DNA of 64,000 nucleotides from Nostoc sp. DedSLP01 (GTDB lineage: Bacteria; Cyanobacteriota; Cyanobacteriia; Cyanobacteriales; Nostocaceae). The DNA lies in the NCBI GenBank assembly GCA_034530875.2, contig JAVRCJ020000031.1:1-64000 (forward strand). Reading direction: 5' to 3'. Positions 39,402 through 50,637 of this stretch are shown here, piece by piece (position 1 is the stretch's first letter; each line of letters begins with the position of its first letter). The translations under genes and the position numbers were made by a program. Below the pieces are notes generated by a model that saw nothing but the letters and a program-made list of their open reading frames with translations, was not told the origin of the DNA and did not search any database.

Positions 39402-39627
39402 AAATCACTCACTTTCCATCAGCATAAACAAGTTATTCATCACCTATGTGTAAACCCAAAAAAATTACTAACAACTACTTCCCGTAAACCATTACGGTAT
39501 TAAATAAAAATTTCTATCTGAATGCGGATTTATCAACTCAAGGGTTGAAAGGATAACTAAAATAATCCGTGTCGAGTGATAGACTCTAAATGTCAAGTTA
39601 CTTCAACCTTTTTTTGTCTTCGTCGAT

Positions 39628-39867
39628 ATGTTGAACTCTCCATTACGTGAAGCACCTCGTAATCAGCGAGCTAGCGTCATCCCCCTAAAGCAAGAATCTT
39701 CGCTCTTAGATTGGTTACAAAGTAACGGTCGTCTTATAGCGCGTGACGTTCACGAACAGGATTTTCAAGACGACGAAGAAGAAATAGACTCCCTAATGGG
39801 CGTAGAAGATGGAATTGGCGATTACGACCTTGATGATGACGACGATATCGGAATCGCAGAAGATTAA
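39628..39867 (+). CDS. Small conserved cyanobacterial protein (DUF3134-like)
   Basis: NSPLREAPR..ASVIPLKQESSLLDWLQSNGRL plus acidic tail. Confidence 0.75.
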   Translation: MLNSPLREAPRNQRASVIPLKQESSLLDWLQSNGRLIARDVHEQDFQDDEEEIDSLMGVEDGIGDYDLDDDDDIGIAED

Positions 39868-39945
39868 GAATTTGTCTTTAGGAACTTGGTAATATACCTA
39901 GTTTCTGCTATTTACTTTGTAAGTGTGGAGTGAAGGGAAACTGTT

Positions 39946-41049
39946 GTGGACGCTAAATTATCTCCTGAGCAAGGATTGAATATTTCTGGAATCGCTCTAG
40001 CCTCTTTATTAGCCGCGGGGTTAGGCACGACCGCATTATTCTTAGATTGGATGGCAAATCGGTTACCTTGGCAAGCGATGTCGCTAACCCTGCCACTATT
40101 GTTGTGTGCTGTGGGTTCGGGTATCGCCGGTTATTTGGTAATACCTATATTACAAGCACTTAAAACCGGACAAATAATCCGCGAAGATGGGCCTCAAGCT
40201 CATCTGAAAAAGGCAGGAACTCCCACAATGGGCGGTATATTCTTTATACCTGTGTCTGTAATCCTTGCCTGCGTATTGTCTAACTTCTCGAAAGAAGTAC
40301 TTGCAGTTTCGGCATTGACCATCGGCTACGGCTTGATTGGCTGGCTCGATGATTGGCAAATTCTCCGCCGCAAGTCAAATAAAGGTATATCTCCCCGGAT
40401 GAAACTGACTTTACAAGTAAGTTTTGCGGTGGTGTTTTGTTTGTGGCTGATGTTTAATCAACCTTCTAATATTACAAATATAGCTTTGCCTTGGGTTAGC
40501 TTCGCACTACCCTTAGGGTTCTTATTCTGGCCTCTGGCAGGTTTTGTGCTAGTTGCAGAAAGTAATGCTACTAATTTAACTGATGGTATTGATGGTTTGG
40601 CAGGCGGAACAGTAGCGATCGCTCTTTTAGCCTTAGGTGCCTTAATCGCGCCTACAGCGCCTGGTTTGATGGTTTTTTGTGCGGCTTTAAGTGGCGGTTG
40701 CTTAGGTTTCTTAGCCCATAACCGTAACCCAGCCCGCGTTTTCATGGGAGATACAGGTTCCCTCGCACTGGGAGGAGCTTTAGGGGCTGTGGCGCTGTTG
40801 ACAAATAGCTTGGTAGCACTGTTCATTCTCAGCGGTATCTTCTTCGTAGAAACTCTGTCTGTAATGGCACAGGTAAGTTATTACAAAGCCACTAAAGGCC
40901 CTGATGGCAAAGGCAAGCGTCTTTTAAAAATGGCACCTCTACACCATCATTTAGAGTTAACAGGCTGGTCAGAATTACAAGTAGTTGGAGTGTTTTATAT
41001 AATTGCTGCGATTTTAGCTGCTGTTTGTTTAGCGATCGCTCCATTCTAA
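39946..41049 (+). CDS. mraY: Phospho-N-acetylmuramoyl-pentapeptide transferase
   Basis: KAGTPTMGG, NLTDGIDGL, FMGDTGSL and MAPLHHHLE. Confidence 0.97.
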   Translation: MDAKLSPEQGLNISGIALASLLAAGLGTTALFLDWMANRLPWQAMSLTLPLLLCAVGSGIAGYLVIPILQALKTGQIIREDGPQAHLKKAGTPTMGGIFFIPVSVILACVLSNFSKEVLAVSALTIGYGLIGWLDDWQILRRKSNKGISPRMKLTLQVSFAVVFCLWLMFNQPSNITNIALPWVSFALPLGFLFWPLAGFVLVAESNATNLTDGIDGLAGGTVAIALLALGALIAPTAPGLMVFCAALSGGCLGFLAHNRNPARVFMGDTGSLALGGALGAVALLTNSLVALFILSGIFFVETLSVMAQVSYYKATKGPDGKGKRLLKMAPLHHHLELTGWSELQVVGVFYIIAAILAAVCLAIAPF

Positions 41050-41086
41050 AATTTGATTTGAATGTTTTAAAAACTCATTTAAAACC

Positions 41087-41122
41087 AAAAAACAACCTCC
41101 GTAGATGCAGGGGTTGTTTTTT
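41087..41122. terminator. Bidirectional terminator between convergent mraY and moaB-like genes
   Basis: aaaaaacaacc-tccgtagatgcag-gggttgtttttt. Confidence 0.65.
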
Positions 41123-41154
41123 ATTTGCCAATACTACTGAACTCGCGTTTTAGC

Positions 41155-41658
41155 CTATTTCCGCATTTGACTTACTAAATGAGCCAGTTCAGGTAAAATC
41201 AATTTTTCCATAGCCAGCCGCACAGCATTACTCGAACCGGGAAGCGAGAAGATTAATTTATTTTGATAAATACCAGCAACAGCGCGAGAAGCGATCGCCC
41301 GCGAACCAATTTCTTGATAACTTAAAAAACGAAATAACTCACCAAATCCCGGCAAGGTTTTCTCTAATAACTGTTCAATTGCATCATAAGTAGTATCTCT
41401 CGGTGCAATACCCGTACCACCATTAAAAATTACAGCATCTAAGTTTGTACTTTTACCCAGATTTTCTATCTGCTTTTGAATTTGTGTTGGCTCATCTTTA
41501 ATAATCGTGTATGCTCCCACAGCATGATTGGCAGCAATGAGTAACTGTTGAATTAGCTGGCCGCTTTTGTCTGTTTCCGCCGTGCGTGTATCGCTGACAG
41601 TAACCACAGCACAAGTCAGCGTAATTCCAGATGAGTCTGGGTGGGGTTGTTTTGTCAT
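41155..41658 (-). CDS. moaB: MogA/MoaB molybdopterin biosynthesis protein
   Basis: [28 protein letters not shown] and LPGS; start moved to ATG 41658 because the upstream extension is STRR. Confidence 0.85.
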   Translation of the reverse strand: MTKQPHPDSSGITLTCAVVTVSDTRTAETDKSGQLIQQLLIAANHAVGAYTIIKDEPTQIQKQIENLGKSTNLDAVIFNGGTGIAPRDTTYDAIEQLLEKTLPGFGELFRFLSYQEIGSRAIASRAVAGIYQNKLIFSLPGSSNAVRLAMEKLILPELAHLVSQMRK

Positions 41659-41659
41659 A

Positions 41660-41800
41660 GGGAGGCAAGGGGAGATGGGGAAGTGTGGGGAGTGTGGGGA
41701 GAGAAGGAGGAAAGATTTCTTCCCCATCCTCCCACACCTCCCACACCTCCCACACCTCTCACACTCCTTGCTTGCCCCATGCCCTATGCCCTATGCCCTA
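41660..41800. repeat. STRR block
   Basis: gtgtgggga / cccacacct / tgcccta tracts. Confidence 0.8.
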
Positions 41801-42136
41801 TTCATTTTTACTGAGTCCAAGACCGTTCTCATCGCCATATCGCTGCATGAAGCGCATGAAACGATCCCATTCTTCGGGAGACTTCATCAAATAAACTGCT
41901 TCTAATGCTTCGGGTCTTCCGTTGATAAATTTAGCTTTAACTTCGCGGGTGACGATTTCGCCTTCTTCGTCAATCAGATACATCCCAGTGATGTCGTCGG
42001 TACTTCCTTGGTCTAAAATTTTGGGATTTTCAAAAATAAATGTTGCCGTGCCAGTTTCACCGCTACGCCCTCGCGTTAAACGCACGTCTGGAACTACTTC
42101 TTCGTCAACACCTCTAGCAAACTGTATTTTGGCCAT
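41798..42136 (-). CDS. psb28: Photosystem II protein Psb28
   Basis: [19 protein letters not shown]...[12 protein letters not shown]. Confidence 0.95.
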   Translation of the reverse strand: MAKIQFARGVDEEVVPDVRLTRGRSGETGTATFIFENPKILDQGSTDDITGMYLIDEEGEIVTREVKAKFINGRPEALEAVYLMKSPEEWDRFMRFMQRYGDENGLGLSKNE

Positions 42137-42242
42137 GATAAATGAATTTAAACTTTCACGATCGTTAGTTTAATATTCTCTCATCAATTAGAACTCCACA
42201 GTCTAGAGCAACTGTAATTTGTATTTTTAGTAGTGTATATAC

Positions 42243-42695
42243 TTATACTGCTTCTTTCTCAAGTAACAAAGTTACCGGGCCATCATTTTCGATTGTAACT
42301 TGCATCATCGCACCAAATTGGCCGGTTTCTACCTGCAAACCACTAGCTCTTAACTTGGTAACAAAACGATTGTATAAATCTTCTGCTGCTTGAGGAGTAG
42401 CTGAACGGTCAAAAGAAGGACGGCGGCCTTTGCGACAGTCACCATAAAGGGTAAATTGGCTGACTACCAACAACTGACCGCCAATTTCTCGTACAGATTT
42501 TGAAAAGCGTTCGTCTCCTTCTTCATCGGGAAACAACCGCAATTCTAAACACTTGCGCACCATCCAGTCGAGTTCAGCATCAGTATCGCTATTAGCAATG
42601 CCTACGAGTAAGTTGAGTCCCCGTCCGATTTTGCCAATAATTTCGCCGTTAACAATAACTTGTGATGATTGAACTCGCTGGATAACAACACGCAT
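42243..42695 (-). CDS. dtd: D-aminoacyl-tRNA deacylase
   Basis: [22 protein letters not shown] and NDGPVT. Confidence 0.97.
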   Translation of the reverse strand: MRVVIQRVQSSQVIVNGEIIGKIGRGLNLLVGIANSDTDAELDWMVRKCLELRLFPDEEGDERFSKSVREIGGQLLVVSQFTLYGDCRKGRRPSFDRSATPQAAEDLYNRFVTKLRASGLQVETGQFGAMMQVTIENDGPVTLLLEKEAV

Positions 42696-42749
42696 AAAAG
42701 CTTGACTTTAATTAGAAAAAGTACAGGTTTCAATGTAGACGTGTTTTAG

Positions 42750-43229
42750 TTAAAACACCACAGATTGAGCTGTTCCTTTCAAATTGATAATTGTGTAAGT
42801 CTGTGTTTGCCCAAGATTAAATTGCGGAATCACAGAAAAACGGTTGATTGTTGTGATTCCCTTAGTTTCAATTGGGACTTGGTAATTTTTTCCTAAATTT
42901 ACTCGAGGTAGCAGTACGCTGAATGTAGTTGAACCAGTATCTACCGTTCTGACGATAGTTACCGTCACTAACGTGCCAATTTCCAATTCCGTAGTGCGGA
43001 TATCACTTCCTGAAAAGTTTAATGTTTGTTTCTGGTCTCGATAGGTGAAAAGAGGCTTACCAGTAATGCTTGAGCTTGAGTAATTAACTTGGATTTTAGC
43101 TCCCCTGTTGTTATAACCAGTCAGATTGTACAAGTTCGGTGTTCTTGTTTCTGCATGACATGGGATTACAGATATTGCTGTTAATGTCACACCTAATGCC
43201 AATGATGAAATGAAATTTCTTGTTTGCAT
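42750..43229 (-). CDS. Secreted beta-rich hypothetical protein
   Basis: Signal peptide ending in CHA; Thr/Val-rich mature part. Confidence 0.7.
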   Translation of the reverse strand: MQTRNFISSLALGVTLTAISVIPCHAETRTPNLYNLTGYNNRGAKIQVNYSSSSITGKPLFTYRDQKQTLNFSGSDIRTTELEIGTLVTVTIVRTVDTGSTTFSVLLPRVNLGKNYQVPIETKGITTINRFSVIPQFNLGQTQTYTIINLKGTAQSVVF

Positions 43230-43728
43230 CTTTCAAAAAGTTATTACTAGTTTGATAAAGATTTATACTTTCACAGGCTTAAAAATAATAAGCCTAAAAT
43301 CGATTTTACAAGTAAAATTTCTGAAACTAGAGTAAGATGAAATACATTGCAAAATTTATTAATATATAAGAATCTGGTTTGATTACTGAAATGATTTTTG
43401 TAGGCAGGGAGTAGGGAGTGGGAAAGAAGTCTTGTTTGGGTGTACTGATTTCTGAAAAAATTTAGGTAGATATAGAGCGTGTTCTCACGTAAACTAAAGC
43501 ATCAAAAGCTTTGGATGGCGATCGCTCTACAAAGATAACTCAATGTTATACGTTAGAATTTCATTATCGAAGTTAGAAACGCTCGACAATGTAGCTATCA
43601 GAGTTAGATAGTTTAATTACCTATTTTGTAATAATTGTTAATAATATCTGAACCAATAAAAATAAATTCCCAGGTGTAAACCTGGGAAAGAGTAACAATT
43701 TTAACTATTAACTTCTCGGTTGTAACTT

Positions 43729-44856
43729 TTATTTCCCAAACCCTTTACCGCGACTAGTAGAAGGTAGGCAAATACAGTTTTGTATTTGAGTAAGTAAAGT
43801 TTCACGATCCAAATTCTGACCAATCAGCACTAATTGGTTTTTGGGTTCACCTTGCCAATCATCATCATCCAAAGTGAAGCGTTTTCCACAAAGGTGGAAA
43901 ATATGACGCTTTGGACTTTCATCAAACCACATAATACCTTTGGCGCGGAAGATATTCGAGGGTAGCTGATTATCTAAGAAATACTGGAACTTCCTAATAG
44001 AAAAAGGCTTGTCACTTTGGAAAGAGATGGAAGTAAAGCCATCATTTTCTAAATGGTCAGAGTGGTGATGATGGTGGTCATGGTCGTGGTCATGATGGTC
44101 ATGACCGCATGTTGAATGGTCATGGTCGTGGTCGTGGTCGTGATGATGATGGTCGTGACGATCGTGGTCGTGATGGTCGCGTTCATCCACCACTGTGTCA
44201 AAATATTTGTCAGACTCAAATAGACCGACACTGAGAATTAAAGGCAGTGGTACTTGCGATCGCGTGGTACGGAGAATTCTTGCTCCTTCCTTGACTTCGT
44301 TAATTTTCCTCTCTAACTCATTCAAAGTGTCTTCATCAACCAGATCTGTTTTGTTGAGAATAATCACATCGCCGTAAGCAACCTGGTTGTATGCTGCTTG
44401 AGAATTGAATAAATCTAGACTGTAATTCGCCGCATCTACAACGGTAATAATCGAATCCAAGCGAGTTAAATCTCGCAATTCTGTACCTAGAAATGTGAGA
44501 GCTACTGGTAGCGGATCTGCCAAACCAGTTGTTTCTACTACTAAATAATCTAAATTTTCTTGGCGTTCTAAAACTTTGTAAACTGCATCCACTAAATCAT
44601 TATTAATAGTGCAGCAGATACAACCATTATTTAGTTCCACCATGTTCTCACCAGTGGAAACGATTAGCTCGTTGTCGATGCCAATTTCGCCAAACTCATT
44701 GACTAAAACAGCGGTTTTTAAACCCTGTTGGTTGTTGAGGATATGATTAAGTAAAGTCGTTTTGCCACTACCAAGGAAACCCGTAATAATTGTTACTGGC
44801 ATTCCTTGTTTAGGTGCATCCATTGCCTGAGATTCGGAAGTAGCTGCTGATTGCAT
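43729..44856 (-). CDS. COG0523/CobW-family metallochaperone GTPase
   Basis: GFLGSGKT, NEFGE, GCICC, ETTG, NKTD and His/Asp-rich insert. Confidence 0.92.
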   Translation of the reverse strand: MQSAATSESQAMDAPKQGMPVTIITGFLGSGKTTLLNHILNNQQGLKTAVLVNEFGEIGIDNELIVSTGENMVELNNGCICCTINNDLVDAVYKVLERQENLDYLVVETTGLADPLPVALTFLGTELRDLTRLDSIITVVDAANYSLDLFNSQAAYNQVAYGDVIILNKTDLVDEDTLNELERKINEVKEGARILRTTRSQVPLPLILSVGLFESDKYFDTVVDERDHHDHDRHDHHHHDHDHDHDHSTCGHDHHDHDHDHHHHHSDHLENDGFTSISFQSDKPFSIRKFQYFLDNQLPSNIFRAKGIMWFDESPKRHIFHLCGKRFTLDDDDWQGEPKNQLVLIGQNLDRETLLTQIQNCICLPSTSRGKGFGK

Positions 44857-44992
44857 AGCGCTGTTATCAAAAAATCAAAAATAGTAATGTAGCGCAGATA
44901 GTCCAGAAAACACTAGCATAGGGATGCTGGACTGACATCCCAGTTGCTTACTTTAATTATTGCGTATCTCTCTATTTCAGCATTAGTTGATT

Positions 44993-46504
44993 ATGACCCT
45001 AACCCTTTACAATACCCTCACCCGTCGTCAAGAACCGTTTGAAACAGTCGAACCAGGCAAGGTTAAGATGTATTACTGCGGCGTGACGGTATATGATTAT
45101 TGTCATTTGGGTCATGCCAGAGCTTGCATCGTTTGGGACGTAGTACGTCGATACCTCCAGTTTATCGGCTATGAAGTACGTTACATTCAAAATTTTACTG
45201 ATATTGATGACAAAATTCTCAACCGAGCCTGTGCTGAGCATTCATCAATGGAAGCTGTAGCCGATCGCTTCATCAAAGCATATTTTGAGGACATGGCACG
45301 CTTGGGAATCAAAGAAGCCGATGAATATCCCCGTGCTACTCACACGATGAATGGAATTTTACGCTTAATTCATGAGTTAGAAAATAAAGGCTTTGCTTAT
45401 CCCGCTGACGGCGATGTGTATTATGCAGTACGACAGTTTTCTGAGTATGGAAAACTTTCAGGACGCAGGTTAGAAGATATGCAAGCCGGAGCTAGCGATC
45501 GCGTTAACGTCGAAGATCCAGAATATCAGAAAAAGAAAGACCCCTTTGATTTTGCTCTGTGGAAAGCAGCAAAACCGGGAGAACCTGCTTGGAAGTCACC
45601 TTGGGGCGCAGGGCGTCCGGGATGGCACATTGAATGCTCGGCAATGGTACGCGATCGCTTAGGCGATACCATAGATATTCACGCCGGTGGTGCTGACTTA
45701 ATTTTTCCGCACCACGAAAACGAAATTGCCCAATCCGAAGCTGTTACAGGAAAATCCTTAGCTCGTTACTGGTTACATAACGGCATGGTGAAAGTGGATG
45801 GTGAAAAAATGTCCAAATCCTTGGGCAACTTTATCACCATTCGAGAATTGCTGGATCGGGGAGTTGACCCGATGGCGGTGCGCTTGTTAGTGCTGACAGC
45901 CCAATATCGCACACCCATCGATTTTACCGACGAAGCGATCGCAGATAAAACAAACGCTTGGCACACCCTCAAAGCAGGTTTACTCTTCGGTTACCAACAC
46001 GGTAAACAACTGGGTTGGGAAGTGGGGAGTGGGGAGTGGGGAGTGGAGAGTGAGAAAGGAAATAATACTAACCCCTATTCCCCATTCCCTATTCCCCATT
46101 CCCTACTCCCTGAAATTGTTGAACGCTTCCAAGAACTCGTCAATGATGACTTTAATTTTCCTGGTGGCTTAACAGTGCTGTTTGAATTGGCAAAAGAACT
46201 CCACCGTGAAGGAAATATTCTTGTGCATCAAGGAAAAACCGAAACACCAGCTTTGGAGTTACAACGTCAATGGCAAACACTGGTTACATTAGCCGGAGTC
46301 TTGGGTTTAGAAGCCAAACTAGAAGCAGAAACTTCGACAACAGAAGGTTTAAGCGATGCGGAAATTGAGGCCAAAATTCAGCAAAGACAAGCAGCACGTC
46401 AAGCAAGAGATTTTGCCGAAAGCGATGGCATTCGTAACGAACTCCAAGCCCAAGGTATTACGCTAATTGATAGCCGTGAAGGCACGCGTTGGCATAGAAA
46501 TTAG
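44993..46504 (+). CDS. cysS: Cysteine--tRNA ligase
   Basis: [24 protein letters not shown] and KMSKS. Confidence 0.97.
   Translation: MTLTLYNTLTRRQEPFETVEPGKVKMYYCGVTVYDYCHLGHARACIVWDVVRRYLQFIGYEVRYIQNFTDIDDKILNRACAEHSSMEAVADRFIKAYFEDMARLGIKEADEYPRATHTMNGILRLIHELENKGFAYPADGDVYYAVRQFSEYGKLSGRRLEDMQAGASDRVNVEDPEYQKKKDPFDFALWKAAKPGEPAWKSPWGAGRPGWHIECSAMVRDRLGDTIDIHAGGADLIFPHHENEIAQSEAVTGKSLARYWLHNGMVKVDGEKMSKSLGNFITIRELLDRGVDPMAVRLLVLTAQYRTPIDFTDEAIADKTNAWHTLKAGLLFGYQHGKQLGWEVGSGEWGVESEKGNNTNPYSPFPIPHSLLPEIVERFQELVNDDFNFPGGLTVLFELAKELHREGNILVHQGKTETPALELQRQWQTLVTLAGVLGLEAKLEAETSTTEGLSDAEIEAKIQQRQAARQARDFAESDGIRNELQAQGITLIDSREGTRWHRN
46016..46110 (+). repeat. STRR inverted-repeat element in frame within cysS
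   Basis: (agtgggg)n ... (attcccc/t)n, translated as [32 protein letters not shown]. Confidence 0.85.
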
Positions 46505-46506
46505 AG

Positions 46507-46647
46507 AAAGTGGGGAGTAGGGAGTAGGGGAGATGGGGAAAAGGTTAAAGGTTAAAGGGAAAAGGAATAAATTTAATCTTTCCCCCTTACCCCTTTCCCT
46601 TTCCCCATTCCTATGCCCCATTCCCCATTCCCCATTCCTCATTCCCT
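46507..46647. repeat. STRR block between cysS and tldD
   Basis: gggagta, aaaggtt and ccccatt tracts. Confidence 0.75.
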
Positions 46648-46653
46648 AAAATT

Positions 46654-48093
46654 ATGTTCTCTGAACTCAAAAAAGCGATCGCTAGTTTCGATATTCCTGC
46701 TGATTGGATTGGTATCAGAGCCGTCAAGGAAACTTCTACTAATCGTTTAGTCCGTGACGGCTTACCCCAAGTTAACGGCAAATCCTTTACTGTGGGAGCC
46801 ATGCTGGAAGTTCTAGTCAATGGCTGTCTCGGTTATGCAGCTACCAACTCCCTAGAATTGTCATCCTTACAAGCTGCTGCCCGAACAGCCTATAACCAGG
46901 CACTAGCAGCTAGCGAATGGTGGATACATCCCTTCCGCCAAAGCGAACGTCCTAAAGTTGTTGGTGAATATAAATCTCCATTCCTTGAGCCACTGGACGC
47001 TTTAAGCCCTGGAGAAATCAACGATTTACTAATTCGCATTTGCCAAACCTTGAAAGTTGACGACAAAATTGTGCAAACCATCGCTGGCGTTGGCACAACC
47101 GAGAAAGAGTCCTGGTTTGTCAGCAGCAATGGCTCAGAAGTTTATCAAAAATTTCTATCCATAGGCACTCATTACGGAGCCACAGCCCAAGATGGAGCTA
47201 TTGTACAGCAACGCAGCTACAACGGCGCTCAAGCAAACTGTTACCAAGGCGGACTAGAACTTTTAGAAATAGAAAACTTATGGCATCGGGTGCGGCAAAT
47301 TGGCGAACAAGCAATAGAACTCTTAACAGCAGAAGAATGCCCAAACATCCGTACTAATTTAGTTTTAGCCCCAGACCAAATGATGTTGCAAATTCATGAA
47401 AGTGTCGGGCATCCCCTAGAAATTGACCGCATTTTAGGAGATGAACGTAACTATGCTGGGGGCAGTTTTGTCAGCAAAAGTGATTTTGGCAAACTAGTAT
47501 ACGGTTCGCCATTGATGAATATCACCTTCGATCCTACCGTCCCTGGTGAATTTGCCAGTTATGGTTTTGATGATACCGGTGCTGTAGCAACGCGAGAATA
47601 TTTAATCAAAGAAGGCGTACTGCAACGGGGTTTGGGCAGCTTGGAGAGTCAAGCTAGAGCAGGTGTACCGGGAGTAGCTTGTGCCCGTGCTTCCTCGTGG
47701 AATCGACCAGCCATAGATCGTATGGCAAACTTGAATTTAGAACCTCTAAACGCTAGTTTTGAAGACATAATTGCTGACATAGAACATGGCGTTTACATGG
47801 AATCGAATCGTTCTTGGTCAATTGACGATCGCCGCTATAAATTTCAATTTGGTTGCGAATACGCCAAATTAATCGAAAACGGTAAATTCACCAAAACACT
47901 CCGCAATCCCAACTATCGCGCCACAACACCAGAGTTTTGGCACAGCTTAATTAAAGTAGGAAACGCCAACAACTGGCAAATGTACGGTACTCCCCATTGT
48001 GGCAAAGGAGAACCAAATCAAGCTATTTGGGTAGGACATGGTTCGCCTGTTTGTGTATTTGCTAACGTCGAAGTTTTTGGCGGAGGAACTTGA
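46654..48093 (+). CDS. tldD: TldD-family metalloprotease
   Basis: IHESVGHPLEIDR (HExxxH), YGFDDTG, DRMANL and CGKGEPNQ. Confidence 0.85.
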   Translation: MFSELKKAIASFDIPADWIGIRAVKETSTNRLVRDGLPQVNGKSFTVGAMLEVLVNGCLGYAATNSLELSSLQAAARTAYNQALAASEWWIHPFRQSERPKVVGEYKSPFLEPLDALSPGEINDLLIRICQTLKVDDKIVQTIAGVGTTEKESWFVSSNGSEVYQKFLSIGTHYGATAQDGAIVQQRSYNGAQANCYQGGLELLEIENLWHRVRQIGEQAIELLTAEECPNIRTNLVLAPDQMMLQIHESVGHPLEIDRILGDERNYAGGSFVSKSDFGKLVYGSPLMNITFDPTVPGEFASYGFDDTGAVATREYLIKEGVLQRGLGSLESQARAGVPGVACARASSWNRPAIDRMANLNLEPLNASFEDIIADIEHGVYMESNRSWSIDDRRYKFQFGCEYAKLIENGKFTKTLRNPNYRATTPEFWHSLIKVGNANNWQMYGTPHCGKGEPNQAIWVGHGSPVCVFANVEVFGGGT

Positions 48094-48230
48094 AAGAGAC
48101 AAAATTTCAGAGTTAGGAGTTAAGAGTTAAGAGTTAGAAATTAAAAAACTTTCAACTTTAATTCATAACTCCTAACTCCTCACTCCTAACTTTTAACTTT
48201 TAAACTATCCCCTATTAATAGTTAATATCT

Positions 48231-49577
48231 ATGAAAATTGAGGAATTATCTACTTTAGAAACCAGTTTTAATCAATTGATTGAAACTTTGCTAATTAAAA
48301 AAGCAGAAAATGAAGAATTTACTGTAAAGCTCAGTAGCGAACGCAGTCAATTTACTCGTTTCAATAATGCAAAAGTTCGACAAACTGGTTGTGTTGCTGA
48401 TGGTTGGGTCGAACTAACTTTGATGAAAGAACAGCGTAGTAGCTTTCGCCTATTTCCCTTTACTGGAAATTGGGGAGTAGATTGGCAGGTAGCCTATACT
48501 GCTTTGCTGGAACTACGCGATGAACTGACTCTACTGCCCATCGATCCCTACTTGGTTTTACCCTCAGGAAATAATACCAGTCGAGAAATACATTCTGGAA
48601 ATTTATTGCCAGAAGAAGCAGTAGTAGAAACTATCCTGGAATTAGTTGCAGATTTAGATTTTACTGGTATATATGCTGGTGGAGTTGTAGTTAAAGGTTA
48701 TGGTGATTCCAGCGGACAGAAACACTGGTTTGCTACTGATTCTTTTACTTTAGATTATTCTTTATTCATTACATCTGGGCAAGCAGTTAAAGGTACATTT
48801 GCAGGTAGCGATTGGAATAAAGCTGCATATATAGCTAAAATTAACGAAGGTAAAAAGCAACTAGAACTACTTTCTCATCCAGCTAAAGAATTACCACGAG
48901 GACAGTATAAAACTTATTTTGCTCCTGCTGCTGTTGCAGATTTATTAACGATGCTTTCTTGGGGATCTTTAAGCGAAGCTGATATCCAACAAGGAAACAG
49001 TTCTTTAGCATCTCTATGGCGTCAAGAAAAAATACTATCTCCAAAATTCAGTTTGAAAGAAAATTTTCAACAAGGATTAGTGCCACGATTTAATGAATTA
49101 GGAGAAATGGCACCATTGGAATTAGCTGTAATAGAAAAAGGATATTTAGTAAATAGTCTAGTTAATTCTCGCACTGCTAAAGAATATGGAAAAATCGCTA
49201 ATGGTGCAAATGGTGCAGAGACATTACGCGCGCCAGAAGTGAGTCCGGGAAATTTAGTATTTGAGGAGATTATTCCGAGTTTAGAGACAGGATTGTATGT
49301 ATCGAATTTACATTATTTAAATTGGAGCGATCGCCAAACTGGTAGAATCACAGGTATGACTCGTTACGCTTGTTTTTGGGTAGAAAACGGAGAAATTATC
49401 GCCCCCATCGAAAACTTACGTTTTGACGAAACTCTCTATCGCTTCTGGGGAGAAAACCTCATAGATTTGACTACTTTTCAAGAATTTATTCCCGAAGTCG
49501 GAACTTATGAAAGTCGTCAACTAGGAGGTAGTTTAGTTCCTGGTATGTTGGTCGAAGATTTTACCTACACGCTGTAA
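48231..49577 (+). CDS. TldE/PmbA-family protein
   Basis: TRFNNAKVRQ, YFAPAAV, LHYLN, ITGMTR and NLRF; follows tldD. Confidence 0.8.
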   Translation: MKIEELSTLETSFNQLIETLLIKKAENEEFTVKLSSERSQFTRFNNAKVRQTGCVADGWVELTLMKEQRSSFRLFPFTGNWGVDWQVAYTALLELRDELTLLPIDPYLVLPSGNNTSREIHSGNLLPEEAVVETILELVADLDFTGIYAGGVVVKGYGDSSGQKHWFATDSFTLDYSLFITSGQAVKGTFAGSDWNKAAYIAKINEGKKQLELLSHPAKELPRGQYKTYFAPAAVADLLTMLSWGSLSEADIQQGNSSLASLWRQEKILSPKFSLKENFQQGLVPRFNELGEMAPLELAVIEKGYLVNSLVNSRTAKEYGKIANGANGAETLRAPEVSPGNLVFEEIIPSLETGLYVSNLHYLNWSDRQTGRITGMTRYACFWVENGEIIAPIENLRFDETLYRFWGENLIDLTTFQEFIPEVGTYESRQLGGSLVPGMLVEDFTYTL

Positions 49578-49578
49578 G

Positions 49579-49737
49579 TGGGGAGATGGGGAGATGTAGG
49601 CAGAGGGGCAGGGGAGATGGGGAAGTGTGGGGAGTGTGGGGACTAGGGGGGAAAGATTTCTTCCCCATCCTGCCACACTTCTCACACTTCCCACACCTCC
49701 CACACCTCCCACACTCCCGGCTTGCTCAATGCCCCAG
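49579..49737. repeat. STRR block
   Basis: ggggagatg / gtgtgggga / cccacacct tracts. Confidence 0.8.
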
Positions 49738-49809
49738 TACCTAAAATTGGCATAAGCATTTGCTGTATATCTGCTAATAATAGAGGAGTAGGTTTTTTCA
49801 GGATTTGGG

Positions 49810-50067
49810 ATGATTAGTCCGCAGCAAGTTGAAGCAATGATTAAGGCGGAACTGCCAGACGCCCAGGTTCAAGTGCAAGACTTGACTGGTGGCAATGACC
49901 ACTATCAAGTCACTGTAGTTTCATCGCATTTTGCAGGTAAAGGACTAGTGCAGCAGCACCAATTAATTTATGGTGCGTTGCAAGAAGCTATATCAACTCA
50001 AGCGATTCACGCTTTGTCTCTAAAAACATATACTCCCGAAGCTTGGCAAGCAACATCAGCTTCGTAA
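49810..50067 (+). CDS. bolA: BolA-family protein
   Basis: [25 protein letters not shown]. Confidence 0.9.
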   Translation: MISPQQVEAMIKAELPDAQVQVQDLTGGNDHYQVTVVSSHFAGKGLVQQHQLIYGALQEAISTQAIHALSLKTYTPEAWQATSAS

Positions 50068-50074
50068 ATATAGA

Positions 50075-50102
50075 GTAGAGACGTGATGAATCACGTCTGT
50101 AC
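50075..50102. repeat. GTAG-type REP-like palindrome
   Basis: gtag-agacgtgat-ga-atcacgtct-gtac. Confidence 0.6.
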
Positions 50103-50176
50103 AAAAGTTAGGAGCGATTTTTACTTTTTACTCCTAATGCCCGATTCTTGAATGTAACATAGGAAACACGAATACC

Positions 50177-50500
50177 ATGACACCAGAAATCAAAGAGAAA
50201 ATTGATAAATTGGTACAAGAGAACAAGATTTTGGTTTTCATTAAGGGAACCAAATTAATGCCCCAATGTGGTTTCTCCAACAATGTTGTCCAAATTCTGA
50301 ACAGTTTGGGAGTTCCTTTCAAGGATGTTAACGTTCTAGCAGACGATGAAATCCGTCAGGCAATTAAAGAATATTCCAACTGGCAAACATTTCCCCAAGT
50401 CTATATCGACGGTGAATTTATTGGCGGTTCTGACATTATGATTGAACTCTACCAACAAGGTGAATTACAGCAAAAGGTAGAAGTAGCACTAGCTTCTTAA
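50177..50500 (+). CDS. grxD: Monothiol glutaredoxin (CGFS)
   Basis: PQCGFS, WQTFPQVYI and GGSDI; adjacent to bolA. Confidence 0.93.
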   Translation: MTPEIKEKIDKLVQENKILVFIKGTKLMPQCGFSNNVVQILNSLGVPFKDVNVLADDEIRQAIKEYSNWQTFPQVYIDGEFIGGSDIMIELYQQGELQQKVEVALAS

Positions 50501-50637
50501 AGCCCTGTTTACAGCAAACTGAGGTTATCCTGCTGAATTTGCTCTTGACTATCAAGGCAATATCTAGTTTTTACCGCCTTTGAAAGGGGAGAAAAGTAAT
50601 ACCTCCCATTTCAAGGGTTTTTAAATTGGCTGTAAGC

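Noticed and set aside
44063..44180. His/Asp repeat as a novel element
   Set aside because: It is the normal His-rich insert of COG0523 proteins
46654..49577. TldD/E as the leader protease of the RiPP cluster
   Set aside because: It is 40 kb away among housekeeping genes, and GG leaders imply a C39 peptidase
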